Counted from the first letter of the stretch, positions 46,832 to 57,282 are shown. The stretch is DNA of 64,000 nt from an uncultured Planctomycetia bacterium (GCA_964629655.1 CAZVQU010000001.1:612056-676055); one strand, 5' to 3'. Program-made: numbers and translations. Notes: generated by a model not told the origin, from the sequence alone.

Positions 46832-48021
46832 GTGGCATAAAAATAATTTTAGATAAGTGTGTTGGCTGTGGCCTTTGCCTTAAAGCTTGTCCTCTGGCAG
46901 CTATAGAGCTAAAAGAGATGAAGGCGATAATTGATTTAGATAAGTGCAATCTCTGTGGTGCTTGTATAGAGAGTTGTACTTTTAAGGCTATCAAAATTGA
47001 ACGCAAGGCAATAGTACAAGATGATATATCAAGCTACAAAGGCGTCTGGGTGTTTGCTGAGCAAAGAGATGGCATTATTGCTTCAGTAGTATTTGAGCTT
47101 CTGGCAAAGGCAAAAGAGTTAGCTGGAGATCTTAATACTTATGTTGGAGCAGTATTCCTTGGTTCGGGGATATCAGATAAAGCCGAAGAGTTGATCCATC
47201 GTGGGGCTGATAAGGTATTTGTTGTTGATTCACCAGTGCTGGAGCACTATATTGCTGAGAATTATACCAAAGCTATATCAGGGCTAATTGGAAAACATAA
47301 GCCCGAGATTTTCTTAGCCGGAGCTACTACTACCGGAAGAAGCTTGGTTTCAAGAATAGCTGTAAATATTTATACCGGCCTAACCGCTGATTGCACCGGT
47401 TTAGATATTGATAAAGAGAAGAAAATTCTGATCCAGACTCGTCCGGCCTTTGGTGGTAATATTATGGCTCAGATCATATCTCCAAACTATAGGCCTCAGA
47501 TGGCGACAGTCCGGCATAAGGTAATGCCTGAGGCTAGCGCCGATACCTCAAGAAAGGGTGAAATTATTCAAGAGAGTTTTGATCAGAACTTGCAGGATAA
47601 AAGGATAAAATTTTTGGATTTTATAAAGGAAGCTATTTCTACTGTAAATTTATCTGAAGCTGATATAATTGTTTCTGGCGGCCGAGGCTTGGGTGAAGGA
47701 AAGAATTTTGCTTTGATAGAAGAGTTGGCAGAATGCTTAGGCGCTGCCGTAGGTTCTTCAAGAGCTAGCGTAGATGCCGGCTGGATACCTTATTCTCATC
47801 AGGTCGGACAGACCGGACGAACTGTATGTCCCAAGATATATATTGCTTGCGGCATATCCGGTCAAATTCAACACTTAGTTGGCATGCAATCATCAAAGAC
47901 AATCATTGCTATCAATAAGGATCCTGATGCTCCGATATTTAAAGTTGCAGATTACAGTATTGTTGGAGATCTTTTTAAAATTATTCCCCTCTTAATCAAG
48001 AAACTAAAAGAGGGCCAATAA
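46828..48021 (+). CDS. etfA: Electron transfer flavoprotein alpha subunit with an N-terminal 2x[4Fe-4S] ferredoxin domain (FixB-like)
   Basis: CVGCGLCLKACP and CNLCGACIESC, then the EtfA FAD-binding domain (...ACGISGQIQHLVGM). Confidence 0.8.
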   Translation: MSGIKIILDKCVGCGLCLKACPLAAIELKEMKAIIDLDKCNLCGACIESCTFKAIKIERKAIVQDDISSYKGVWVFAEQRDGIIASVVFELLAKAKELAGDLNTYVGAVFLGSGISDKAEELIHRGADKVFVVDSPVLEHYIAENYTKAISGLIGKHKPEIFLAGATTTGRSLVSRIAVNIYTGLTADCTGLDIDKEKKILIQTRPAFGGNIMAQIISPNYRPQMATVRHKVMPEASADTSRKGEIIQESFDQNLQDKRIKFLDFIKEAISTVNLSEADIIVSGGRGLGEGKNFALIEELAECLGAAVGSSRASVDAGWIPYSHQVGQTGRTVCPKIYIACGISGQIQHLVGMQSSKTIIAINKDPDAPIFKVADYSIVGDLFKIIPLLIKKLKEGQ

Positions 48022-48042
48022 GGTTCGTTTTAAAACAGCTGT

Positions 48043-51000
48043 ATGTATTTAAAAGAATTAGAAATTTTTGGTTTCAAATCCTTCCCTGAAAAGACTTCTC
48101 TTAAATTTGAGTCAGGAATAACCGCAGTAGTGGGCCCCAATGGTTGTGGTAAATCCAATGTATTTGATGCTGTTAAGTGGGCTTTAGGAGAGCAGAGTCC
48201 TAAGTCTTTGCGGGGCACGAAGATGGAGGATATCATTTTTAACGGCACTGAGCGTCAGTCTCCATTAAATTATGCGGAAGTTGGTTTAACTTTTTGCAAC
48301 GAGGATAAGTATTTGCCTATAGATTATAAGGAAGTATCAGTTGCCCGCCGTCTTTATCGCTCCGGTGAGAGCCAATACTTTATAAATAAAAATATAGTCA
48401 GGTTAAAAGATGTTCAAGAGCTGTTCATGGGAACCGGTATCGGAGAAGCTACTTATTCTTTTGTTGAGCAGGGCAAGATCGAAATCTTCCTAAGCTATAA
48501 GCCTGAAGACAAGCGGTTAATATTTGATGAGGCTAGCGGAATAGTAAAGTATAAGGAGAGAAAGAGAGAGACTTTACGCCGGTTGGCTGAAGCTGATGAA
48601 AACTTACTCCGCTTGGAAGATATTCTTTTTGAAGTAAGAAGACAAATACGTTATCTCGACAGGCAGGTCGCTAAAGCAAAGAAATATAAGCAAGTTCAGG
48701 AAAATCTTGTTGAAGTTGAGAAGAAAATCGCTTCTGTTCAATTTTTAGAGTTAGAAGGAAAAATCGGTAAACTCAACCAGGAATTAAGTCTTTTTGAAGA
48801 TAAAGAAAAGGGTAAGGAGGCTCAGCTGCAGGAGGTTAGTAACCGTTGGGAGGAGTTAAACCATCAGCTAAGGCTCCTAAGAAACAAACTGGAAGAAGCC
48901 GCAACCGACATAGTCTCTTTGAACGGTAGAATAGAAAGTTCTGACAGTCATATTAATGTTGATCAACAGAGAATAAGGGAGTTAGAGCAACGAGGTGCTA
49001 ATCTTGAAATGGCCCGTACTAATCTTAACCAGAGATTGCGGTTGCAAGAGCAGAGGAGCCAGGAAGAAGCAGTACGGATGCAAGCTATTAAAGCAGATTT
49101 GGAAGAATTAGAGAAGAGCGTTGAGAGGAAGTTTCAGGAAAAAGAGAGCATTAAGGCAGAAGTAGATAGTGCCAAACGGGAAGTTAATGAGGCCAAGACA
49201 AAGGTATTGGATTTAGAGAGCAAAAGAGTCCAATTTCAAAATACTCTTATTGAAACTCAGACTAAATCAGCTTCTTTAACCAATAGAAAGAAGAGATTGC
49301 TTCTAGATAAGGCCAAGTTGGATACCTTGTTAACAGAGAATAAGGATAATCTAGGATTAGTCAGCGAAGAATCCAAGAAAGTCGAGGATGAGTTAAAAGT
49401 CTTACAGGAAGCAAGAAGCGGCCTAGCCCAAAAAGAAAAAGAATTGGCTGCCTCGATAGAAGATTTACGGTCGAAATTAGTAGACAAAGAGAAAGAACTT
49501 TTAGAGTTAAGAGCTTCCTATGATTTTCTAAAAGATTTAAAGATAAAATATGAAACTTTTTCAGTCCAGAAGAAAGTTACTGTTATCTTTGATGAAGAGC
49601 CAAAAAATATCAATAAGTTAGTTGCTTCTTTGCAGGATGTAGAGTTTAAAAAAGATGGTCGAGGGTTTATCGCCCAGATAGAAGCTAAGGTCGTTTCTTT
49701 TGAAGAGAAGCAATTAGAAGACAAAATCGCTCTTACCGAAAGCCAAATTGAAGGAATAAAGCAAGAGCAAGAAAGCCTAGGCCGGCAGAAAGCTGAGCTT
49801 AGCAAAGATCTTGCAAGTGAAAATACTCAAATTGAAGAGGTAAGGGTAAAAGTACAGCAGAGTTCCCAAGAGAAGGATGGCTTGGCTCGAGAGGTTGAGC
49901 GTCTGGAAGAAGAATCAGAACTTCTCGCTCAGGAAGAAAAGTCTACCCTTGATGATGTTGAGGATTGTGAAAAAAAGCAGAAAGAAATCGAGGATGAATT
50001 AGCGCTTTATCAGGGGAATTTAGATGCGGCCAATGAGAGCTTATCCGTTGCTCATGAAGTTATAACCAACGGTTTAGAGAGAATAAAGAATATAGACCTT
50101 GAGTCAACCCGTGACATTGCTCAGAAGCAATCCTTGCATAAGGAGAGCGAAGCTTTAGAGTCTAAAGTCACACTCTTTCAGGATGAGATAAATAACATTA
50201 AACGTAATTTAGAAGGAGTTGATAAAGAAGGAGAGGAAGGGAAGCTCAAGATTAGCTCTTTCAATAGCCAGATTGAGAGCTTAAAGGCAAAAATAGAGGA
50301 AGATAAGCTCAAAATAGAGGAGCGGATAAAAGGAAAGCAAGGTTTAGAGGAAGAGGAGATATCTTCAAATAAGGATATTGATAAGGTTAAAGAAGATATC
50401 CAAGGCCTGGAGAAAGAAGCCCAAGCCTTACGTGACTCTGCTTATAATAAGAAATTAGAGATTCAAAGTTTAGAATATGAGAAGGAGAAGGTGAGAGATT
50501 ATCTGCGTCAGGTTTATCAGGTTGAGTTTGATGCTCAAGGTCAGCCCGAAGTTCAAGAAGACATAAATACTCTTTCAACCGAGAAAGAAAAGTTACAAAA
50601 ACGGGTTAGGTCTTTGGGTGAGGTTAACCTGGTAGCTATCGAGGAGTTTGAAGAGCTCAAAAAACGTGAACAGTTTTTAGATAGCCAGAAGCAAGATCTA
50701 ATTATCTCCAAAGAGAGCCTAAAGAAAGCAATTTCAAAGATTAACCGTACCTCACGAGAACTCTTCCTAGATACTTTTGGCAAAATAGAACAGGAGTTCA
50801 AGAAGAATTTCAGGTTCTTATTTAATGGCGGTAGAGCCAATCTTATTCTTATTGATAGAGATAATATTTTAGAGTCAGGGGTTGAGATTGAAGTTCAACC
50901 CCCGGGAAAGAAATTGCAGAATGTTTCTCTTCTTTCAGGAGGAGAAAAATCCCTAACAGCCATAGCTTTAATTTTTGCCATTTTTACGGTAAGACCGTCT

Positions 51001-51225
51001 CCTTTATGCGTTCTTGATGAAATAGATGCTCCTTTAGACGAGGCTAATGTTGATAGGTTTAATCATCTCTTAAAGGAATTTGCTTCTTATTCCCAGTTTA
51101 TTTTAATTACCCACAATAAGAAGACTATGAGTAATGCTGATGTCTTGTATGGTGTTACTATGCAGGAGAAGGGTATTTCTAAATTAGTATCAGTAAAGTT
51201 TGCCGCTGAAAAAATTCCTTCCTAA
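48043..51225 (+). CDS. smc: Chromosome segregation protein SMC
   Basis: N-terminal LEIFGFKSF...VVGPNGCGKSN Walker A, long coiled coils with a hinge, and a C-terminal LSGGEKSLTA signature plus Walker B LDEIDAPLDE. Confidence 0.85.
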   Translation: MYLKELEIFGFKSFPEKTSLKFESGITAVVGPNGCGKSNVFDAVKWALGEQSPKSLRGTKMEDIIFNGTERQSPLNYAEVGLTFCNEDKYLPIDYKEVSVARRLYRSGESQYFINKNIVRLKDVQELFMGTGIGEATYSFVEQGKIEIFLSYKPEDKRLIFDEASGIVKYKERKRETLRRLAEADENLLRLEDILFEVRRQIRYLDRQVAKAKKYKQVQENLVEVEKKIASVQFLELEGKIGKLNQELSLFEDKEKGKEAQLQEVSNRWEELNHQLRLLRNKLEEAATDIVSLNGRIESSDSHINVDQQRIRELEQRGANLEMARTNLNQRLRLQEQRSQEEAVRMQAIKADLEELEKSVERKFQEKESIKAEVDSAKREVNEAKTKVLDLESKRVQFQNTLIETQTKSASLTNRKKRLLLDKAKLDTLLTENKDNLGLVSEESKKVEDELKVLQEARSGLAQKEKELAASIEDLRSKLVDKEKELLELRASYDFLKDLKIKYETFSVQKKVTVIFDEEPKNINKLVASLQDVEFKKDGRGFIAQIEAKVVSFEEKQLEDKIALTESQIEGIKQEQESLGRQKAELSKDLASENTQIEEVRVKVQQSSQEKDGLAREVERLEEESELLAQEEKSTLDDVEDCEKKQKEIEDELALYQGNLDAANESLSVAHEVITNGLERIKNIDLESTRDIAQKQSLHKESEALESKVTLFQDEINNIKRNLEGVDKEGEEGKLKISSFNSQIESLKAKIEEDKLKIEERIKGKQGLEEEEISSNKDIDKVKEDIQGLEKEAQALRDSAYNKKLEIQSLEYEKEKVRDYLRQVYQVEFDAQGQPEVQEDINTLSTEKEKLQKRVRSLGEVNLVAIEEFEELKKREQFLDSQKQDLIISKESLKKAISKINRTSRELFLDTFGKIEQEFKKNFRFLFNGGRANLILIDRDNILESGVEIEVQPPGKKLQNVSLLSGGEKSLTAIALIFAIFTVRPSPLCVLDEIDAPLDEANVDRFNHLLKEFASYSQFILITHNKKTMSNADVLYGVTMQEKGISKLVSVKFAAEKIPS

Positions 51226-51233
51226 ACTCTTTT

Positions 51234-52382
51234 TTAAATAAGAACTACTCTATTTTTTCCTCTTTTCTTGGCCTTGTATAAGGCTTGGTCGGCTTTTTCA
51301 ATCAAGATTTTTTTATTCGGCGAGTCTTCGGGGTAGGAAGCAATTCCGATACTAATAGTAAATTTGCTTCTCAGGATTCTTTTATTTTCTACCGATTTTC
51401 TTATTCTTTCACCGAGTAAGGCCGCTTCTTCTTTATTATTGGCCGGTAAGATAAGTGCGAATTCCTCTCCGCCATAACGGCAGATAATATCGATTTTGCG
51501 GCAATTCTCCCTAAAGACTTCTGCTATTCTTTTTAAAGCTTCATCACCTTGGGTATGGCCGCGGGTATCATTAAATTTTTTGAAATCATCAATATCAATC
51601 ATCATTAATGATAAGGCAAGAGAGGTTGTGTTCGATTTGGCTATTTCTTCATCTAGGCGATATTGAAAGTATCCGTAGTTCCAAAGAGAGGTCAAAGGAT
51701 CAGTGTGAGATCGGGTTAAGGTACTTTCAAAACTCTGGGAGTTTTCTAAAGCCCCTTGAGCCTGTTCCATAAACATAGTAAAGATTTTTATGTCGTCACC
51801 GCTTATAGGGTTTTTAGTGATATAGTTATCTACTACTACCACTCCGGTAGGTTTGCCTTTTATCCAGAGAGAAAAGATAAGGAATTCTCCAAGATCCAGA
51901 CTTTTTACTAAAGAATCATTCTTTAGCTTTCTTTCATTACCTTTAACCCAGGCAACATCTTTTTTATAGAGGGTATCAAAAATTAATCCTCCTTTTTTGT
52001 TTAAAGGAAAGGACAAGGACTTAACCAGTTCCATAAATTTTGGTTTTTCTTTGTTTTCTTTTATATGGTTATAATTGGCGATTAAGTCATAGAGGTTCTT
52101 TTTTTCTTCTTCAATGTTATGCCAGATTTGGGTTGCTTCCTGGCTGTCCATCGGGCCAATACCCATAAAACCGTTTATCTTTTTACCTTTTTCATCGACA
52201 AAGAAAATAACTGCTCGGTTGAATCTTAAGCCCTCATTGGCAGTTAAGCCGGTTAAGATAATATAAGTTATTTCATCAAGTCGCAGGGTTGTCCGCATTG
52301 CCTTGGTCAGTTCATAGAAGACATATAGCTGGGAGCGGGCTTTTTCTAACTCTTCTTTGAGTTTGCTTATTTCTTTATTCAT
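51234..52382 (-). CDS. GAF-domain diguanylate cyclase (GGDEF)
   Basis: N-terminal GAF-like region, and a C-terminal GGDEF domain with RYGGEEF and an RxxD-like I-site region. Confidence 0.8.
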   Translation of the reverse strand: MNKEISKLKEELEKARSQLYVFYELTKAMRTTLRLDEITYIILTGLTANEGLRFNRAVIFFVDEKGKKINGFMGIGPMDSQEATQIWHNIEEEKKNLYDLIANYNHIKENKEKPKFMELVKSLSFPLNKKGGLIFDTLYKKDVAWVKGNERKLKNDSLVKSLDLGEFLIFSLWIKGKPTGVVVVDNYITKNPISGDDIKIFTMFMEQAQGALENSQSFESTLTRSHTDPLTSLWNYGYFQYRLDEEIAKSNTTSLALSLMMIDIDDFKKFNDTRGHTQGDEALKRIAEVFRENCRKIDIICRYGGEEFALILPANNKEEAALLGERIRKSVENKRILRSKFTISIGIASYPEDSPNKKILIEKADQALYKAKKRGKNRVVLI

Positions 52383-52589
52383 CCTAAGCTATTAAATAGC
52401 ATATTTATTAACAAAAGTCAAACTCCGATTGAGGCCAGGCCTCACCCCTGAATGTAACCGTTTTCAAAACACTCCCTAGATAGCCTAAAATCCTTACTTT
52501 TATATGTTATATTTATATGGTATCCATCCTATGGGGATAGGTTGGGAAATCCGAGACAAAATTTTGAGAATCCGATAATTAGGGATAAA

Positions 52590-52742
52590 ATGCTGCTATA
52601 TTTAGCAAAACGAAGAGCTAATGTACATTTTAAGCTGATTTTAGCCATTGTGGCTATAGCTTTTGTTATTGCTATTCTTTCAGCTCATCTTCCTAAGTCA
52701 ACAATTACTGATAGTAAGATAAGACCTATAGTTCAGCTTTGA
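52590..52742 (+). CDS. Possible small single-pass membrane protein (low confidence)
   Basis: ORF with a hydrophobic helix ILAIVAIAFVIAILSA; its stop overlaps the next gene's start. The track's TTG start at 52542 lacks an RBS. Confidence 0.2.
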   Translation: MLLYLAKRRANVHFKLILAIVAIAFVIAILSAHLPKSTITDSKIRPIVQL

Positions 52743-52747
52743 GCTAT

Positions 52748-54982
52748 ATGCCTGGGCCTACAGAGCTCATTAATACAACCTCAGATTTTAACCTTCCAAC
52801 CTTAAAAGGAATACAAGTCTATCCTGACAATCCTTTTAAATTTGACTTTATTATCGATGAAGAAGATACGAAGTTTAGCCAGGATAAAATTAAGCAGGAA
52901 TCAACTAAGCTAATTAACTACTTTCTAGCTTCAATAACCATACCTGAAGAGGACTTGTGGGTTAATTTAAGCCCTTATGAGCAAGACAAGATAATCCCCA
53001 AAGAATTAGGCCTAACTAATATGGGAAAAGACTTGTTAGGAGAAGATTATATCCTGAAGCAACTACTTGCTTCATTAACCTATCCCCAGAGCCCTCTGGG
53101 TAAGCGCTTCTGGAAAAAGGTTTACCAGAGGGCTCAACAATTATTCGGGACCACCAAAATTCCTATAAATACCTTTAACAAAATCTGGATAGTGCCGGAT
53201 AAGGCCCTAATCCATGAAGACGATAATAGGGCTTTTATCAAACAAGCAAATCTTAAAGTAATGCTTGAGGAGGATTATCTTTCCTTTGAGAACAGGCAGC
53301 CGGTAACAGATAGCGGAGAAAAGATAGCAGGAGATATCGAATTAAGCGAAGAAGACGAAAAAGGCATTAATAACTTTTCCTTATCGATAATGAGAGAAAT
53401 AGTCCTTCCGGTAATAGAAGAAGAGGTGAATAACGGCGAAAACTTCGCACATCTTCGTCAAATATATCATTCTCTTATTTTGGCTACTTGGTTCAAACAA
53501 AGGCTTAAGCAAAGCTTGTTTAATAGAATCTACATCGATAAGAAGAAGATAAAAGGCATAGACACAAGCGATCCGCAAATTAAAGAAAAAATCTACAACC
53601 AATACGTCCAAGCCTTTAAAAAGGGCGTATATAATTATATCCAGAAAGACTACGATCCTTCTTCAGGTAAGTATATCAGTAGAAAATACTATTCCGGAGG
53701 TTTTGACGGAACCGCAGTAAGTTCGGCGATTACCACTTCTAAATTGCCCAGGGACTTTTCATTAGAGATAATAACCAGTTCTCCGCTAAAAATGGAAATA
53801 GAGTTAGAGCCTTTTGGGGGCAGTTCGGGCGGAGTCGGTATAGGCGAAGGTATAGGAGGAACGGGCAGAGGTGAAGGTCCGGGCGTTGGCGGCGGGCAGA
53901 TAAAAATAGAAGAACTTGAGAAAGAAAATCTTGCTTCTTCGGCGATGGAGGACAAAAACTTGGCTTCCACCCAGCCTTTTACTTATTCAGACTGGCAGAA
54001 TATCCTTTCACAGCACGGTCTTCAAAAAGCAAATATAGAGCATGTTAAAAGAAATGTAAGGGCGGTGGAATACTTTGCGGAACAAGAAGGATTAGATGAC
54101 ATCGACAAAGAGATACTTGAGGCTGCTCTTTGGTTGCATGATATATCCAAAGATAATCCCCTTGAAGACTATATTCCTGAAAACGAAAAATTAGCAAGCA
54201 CGCTAAGATTATTAGTGCATCATTTGGAAGGTGCTGATATCGCAGGAGAAATACTTGCGCAGAATGGTTACGATGAAGAATTTGTGAAACAAGTTAAAAA
54301 CATCATCGTTAAGCACATGGGCCCACTTCAGGGGTCTATTCCTTTTGGTGATAGAAGCGTAGGATTTATGGAGTTGACTCGTTTAGTACACTCAGAGAAT
54401 ATTGGAAAAGCACTCAATGAATCAAGCGTAGCAAGAAAGGGGAAACTCTTGGAATATATAGCTCAACTTAAAAAAGGATTTCCCCAACCAAAAGAGGAAA
54501 GAGAAGATAAAAAAGGAGAAGATAAATTGGCGAGAATAGCCCGTGATATAGACCTTCTTGATTTAGCAGCAGATGGAATAACTAAAGTAGTACATCTGCG
54601 TCAGACTGATTCAGGGTTCTTTAAAAATGGGAGACCAGAAACCATAAAGGAATCATTTGATTCTGCACTGGAGAGCGCAGAATCTGTCCGTAAAAACTTA
54701 TACGCAAATAGCGCAGGACAGATAATAGAAGAGTTAGTCAAGCGTATAGGGAAGTTCAAAAGAGAAGCAGAAAAAGTTTTCATTTCCTTAGAAGAAAGAT
54801 TCCCGGTGGAAGCAAAACCTTCAGAAGAAATATTCAACCGTCGGTCAGAAGAGTCTAAAAAATTATATGATGGGTATGTAAAAAAGAATGAAGTTAGGTA
54901 TGATGGGATATTAAAGATCGGGAAATTCGCTTCTTCGGCGGTGGAAAATCAAAACGTACTTTATTATCGGTTCAGGAGTTGA
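52748..54982 (+). CDS. Large multidomain protein: an unrecognised N-terminal domain (about 350 aa), a Gly-rich linker, and a C-terminal HD-superfamily phosphohydrolase domain
   Basis: HD motifs ALWLHDISKD and VHHLEGADIAGE, plus KHMGP, in the C-terminal third. The linker is FGGSSGGVGIGEGIGGTGRGEGPGVGGGQ. The N-terminal region had no match I could recognise. Confidence 0.5.
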   Translation: MPGPTELINTTSDFNLPTLKGIQVYPDNPFKFDFIIDEEDTKFSQDKIKQESTKLINYFLASITIPEEDLWVNLSPYEQDKIIPKELGLTNMGKDLLGEDYILKQLLASLTYPQSPLGKRFWKKVYQRAQQLFGTTKIPINTFNKIWIVPDKALIHEDDNRAFIKQANLKVMLEEDYLSFENRQPVTDSGEKIAGDIELSEEDEKGINNFSLSIMREIVLPVIEEEVNNGENFAHLRQIYHSLILATWFKQRLKQSLFNRIYIDKKKIKGIDTSDPQIKEKIYNQYVQAFKKGVYNYIQKDYDPSSGKYISRKYYSGGFDGTAVSSAITTSKLPRDFSLEIITSSPLKMEIELEPFGGSSGGVGIGEGIGGTGRGEGPGVGGGQIKIEELEKENLASSAMEDKNLASTQPFTYSDWQNILSQHGLQKANIEHVKRNVRAVEYFAEQEGLDDIDKEILEAALWLHDISKDNPLEDYIPENEKLASTLRLLVHHLEGADIAGEILAQNGYDEEFVKQVKNIIVKHMGPLQGSIPFGDRSVGFMELTRLVHSENIGKALNESSVARKGKLLEYIAQLKKGFPQPKEEREDKKGEDKLARIARDIDLLDLAADGITKVVHLRQTDSGFFKNGRPETIKESFDSALESAESVRKNLYANSAGQIIEELVKRIGKFKREAEKVFISLEERFPVEAKPSEEIFNRRSEESKKLYDGYVKKNEVRYDGILKIGKFASSAVENQNVLYYRFRS

Positions 54983-56172
54983 AGATTGAAGATGTTATGC
55001 CAAGAGGAGGCTCTATTGACAAAGACTATTTTGAGGCCATAAAGGATGTCTTGAGAAGACGTGGCTATATCCTGACCGGAATTCTTAACTTACCGGGAGG
55101 GTCGGTTGATAAGGGATTAACCGGAAATCAAGCCGATGTATTTAGGGGAGTTAAGACTGCCGAAGGCCAAATAGCAGAAAAGGTTGTGGTTAAGATTGAT
55201 CCTGCTTGGAGATCTCCGGATAGAGATGTTCTCACGACTGGTAACTATTCAAGGGAGGTTGGAGAACATTATGGAGAATTATCAAATGGCCAAAAACGCT
55301 ATTTGCAAGATTCAGAAAAGTTTATTAATATTCAAATGGCAGATAATATAACCATCGTAGTTGATGGGCACACGATAAATTTAGCTGTTCAAGTCATAGA
55401 TGAATGGGATGGGGAAGAGATAGCGAACTATTTAGAAAAACACGATAATTTATCAAGCGATTTTGTTCCAACTTTATTAAGCGAATTTTCTGGACTTTTT
55501 CAGGTGGTGGGCGATTTAATTAATTCGGGGATGTCCTATGGTGATTTCTTAGGAGCAGAAAGGCTTCGAAATGTTCTTGTGAATGATAAAGGAGAAACTA
55601 TTGTTATTGATTTAGATTTAATAACAGACGTAGATAGTGCCCCTGATTTTTGGCGCGATAAGCTTCGAATGAGTACTTTAAGAGGTCTAATAAAAGCAAT
55701 AGCAAATACATTGGAAACTATTCAAGAAAGTAAAGTAGAGGGCAAGGATGCGAAGAGCATATTAAATAAGGCAATAAGAACATTAGAACTTGAGCATTCA
55801 CGCGTGGAGTCTAATTTTCGTTACGTCGTAGATGATAGAAAACCCTTTGTAGATAAAACTAGAGAACTTGCTGAGTTCATGGCAGGTATTGCCCAGCAAT
55901 ATGAAGGATCTGCCTCTTCGGCAATAGCAGAGGCGAAGCAAGGCTTAACATTCACAGAACGTGACTGGGAGAAAGGCGGGATTGATTTGAATCCTGACAA
56001 TATGGATATGGAAATAAGAGGGCAGGGAGCGAGTAGCCCGATTATGGATATCCCTTTTGATATTCAAAATTTTCAGGGCTTTACCTTCCAAATTATCAGG
56101 ATAGAGCCGATTAAAGACTTGAGCAATCTATTCGGAGTTCCTCAGGAAAAAGAAGTTAGTTCCTTACCTTAG
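54979..56172 (+). CDS. Hypothetical protein with a protein-kinase-like motif arrangement (atypical kinase or pseudokinase). It is translationally coupled to the HD-domain gene.
   Basis: Gly-rich loop LPGGSVDKG, then VVVKI (a VAIK-like Lys), RNVLVNDKG (catalytic-loop-like) and TIVIDLDLITD (DFG-like). A 4-nt ATGA overlap joins it to the upstream gene. Confidence 0.4.
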   Translation: MKIEDVMPRGGSIDKDYFEAIKDVLRRRGYILTGILNLPGGSVDKGLTGNQADVFRGVKTAEGQIAEKVVVKIDPAWRSPDRDVLTTGNYSREVGEHYGELSNGQKRYLQDSEKFINIQMADNITIVVDGHTINLAVQVIDEWDGEEIANYLEKHDNLSSDFVPTLLSEFSGLFQVVGDLINSGMSYGDFLGAERLRNVLVNDKGETIVIDLDLITDVDSAPDFWRDKLRMSTLRGLIKAIANTLETIQESKVEGKDAKSILNKAIRTLELEHSRVESNFRYVVDDRKPFVDKTRELAEFMAGIAQQYEGSASSAIAEAKQGLTFTERDWEKGGIDLNPDNMDMEIRGQGASSPIMDIPFDIQNFQGFTFQIIRIEPIKDLSNLFGVPQEKEVSSLP

Positions 56173-56241
56173 ATTTGTAACTATCTTTAACAAAGGCTTT
56201 GAACACTTTAACTTTTGTCATTATCTGGTAAAATAACCGAG

Positions 56242-57282
56242 ATGATTAAGGATATTTTTAACGTTTCTCAGTATGATTTCCAAACCCCTAAGAGCTTAAT
56301 AGCCCAAGAGCCGGCTAGCCCCAGAGATAGTTGCCGGCTTCTTGTTTTAGACCGCAAGAATTCTTCTTTAGAGACAAGGGTTTTTAGAGATATAGTCGAT
56401 TACCTTAAAGGAGGGGATATCCTTGTTTTAAACAATACCAAGGTAATTAGAGCTAAGCTTTTAGCCAGAAGAAGTAGTGGAGCTAAGATAGAGATATTGT
56501 TGCTTGCTGAGTTGGAAAAGGGGATTTGGGAGGCTTTAGTCAGGCCGGGAAAACGGGCGAGAGTAGGTGAGACTATTAGCTTTGAACCAGAGAATTGTAA
56601 AGCCAAAATTGTTAACAAAACTCCTAGCGGTTCAAGAATTCTAGATTTCAGGCCCTTAGATGTAGATAATTTTATCTCTAAAGTAGGAGCAGTACCCCTT
56701 CCGCCCTATATAAAAAAGGAAATTCAGGATCCTGGTGACTACCAGACTGTTTATGCCAAGCGTAAAGGCGCAGTGGCTGCGCCTACGGCAGGCTTACACT
56801 TTACCCCTGAGTTAATAAAAACAATAGAAGAAAAAGGTGTAAAGGTGCTTTTCATAACTCTTCACTGCAGTTTAGCTACTTTTCGTCCGGTAAAGTGCGA
56901 GGATATCCGCAATCATCAAATAGAGTCAGAGTGGGTAGAGGTTGGCCCTTTAGTTGCTAAAAGCATAAACAAGGCTAAGAAAAACCAACAGAGAATAATT
57001 GCCGTAGGAACAACTGCAGTTAGGTCTTTGGAGTCAGCGGTTTCTTCAGGCGAAAGCTCTCTGGTTAAGGCTTTTTGCGGCCCAACCAATCTTTATATTA
57101 CTCCTGGTTATAAATTCAAAGTGGTCGACGCTCTTATTACTAATTTCCATACTCCTTCTTCTACTAACCTCATCTTGGTTTCGTCTTTTGCTAAGCCTTC
57201 CCTGATAAGGCAAAGCTATGCTTACGCTAAGGGTGAAAAATTCCGCTTTTACAGCTTTGGTGACGCCATGTTGATCCTCTAA
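56242..57282 (+). CDS. queA: S-adenosylmethionine:tRNA ribosyltransferase-isomerase
   Basis: YDFQTPKSLIAQEP...RDSCRLLVLD N-terminal motif. The ATG at 56242 is preferred over the track start at 56215. Confidence 0.85.
   Translation: MIKDIFNVSQYDFQTPKSLIAQEPASPRDSCRLLVLDRKNSSLETRVFRDIVDYLKGGDILVLNNTKVIRAKLLARRSSGAKIEILLLAELEKGIWEALVRPGKRARVGETISFEPENCKAKIVNKTPSGSRILDFRPLDVDNFISKVGAVPLPPYIKKEIQDPGDYQTVYAKRKGAVAAPTAGLHFTPELIKTIEEKGVKVLFITLHCSLATFRPVKCEDIRNHQIESEWVEVGPLVAKSINKAKKNQQRIIAVGTTAVRSLESAVSSGESSLVKAFCGPTNLYITPGYKFKVVDALITNFHTPSSTNLILVSSFAKPSLIRQSYAYAKGEKFRFYSFGDAMLIL

Noticed and set aside
52383-52541. Possible tRNA or ncRNA, or a GGCCAGGCC hairpin, in the 159-nt gap between GGDEF and the HD-module
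   Set aside because: No cloverleaf-compatible arms and no conserved T-loop (GTTCRANYC). The GC hairpin is too short (5 bp with a 1-nt loop) to be a terminator. This is probably just a divergent promoter region.
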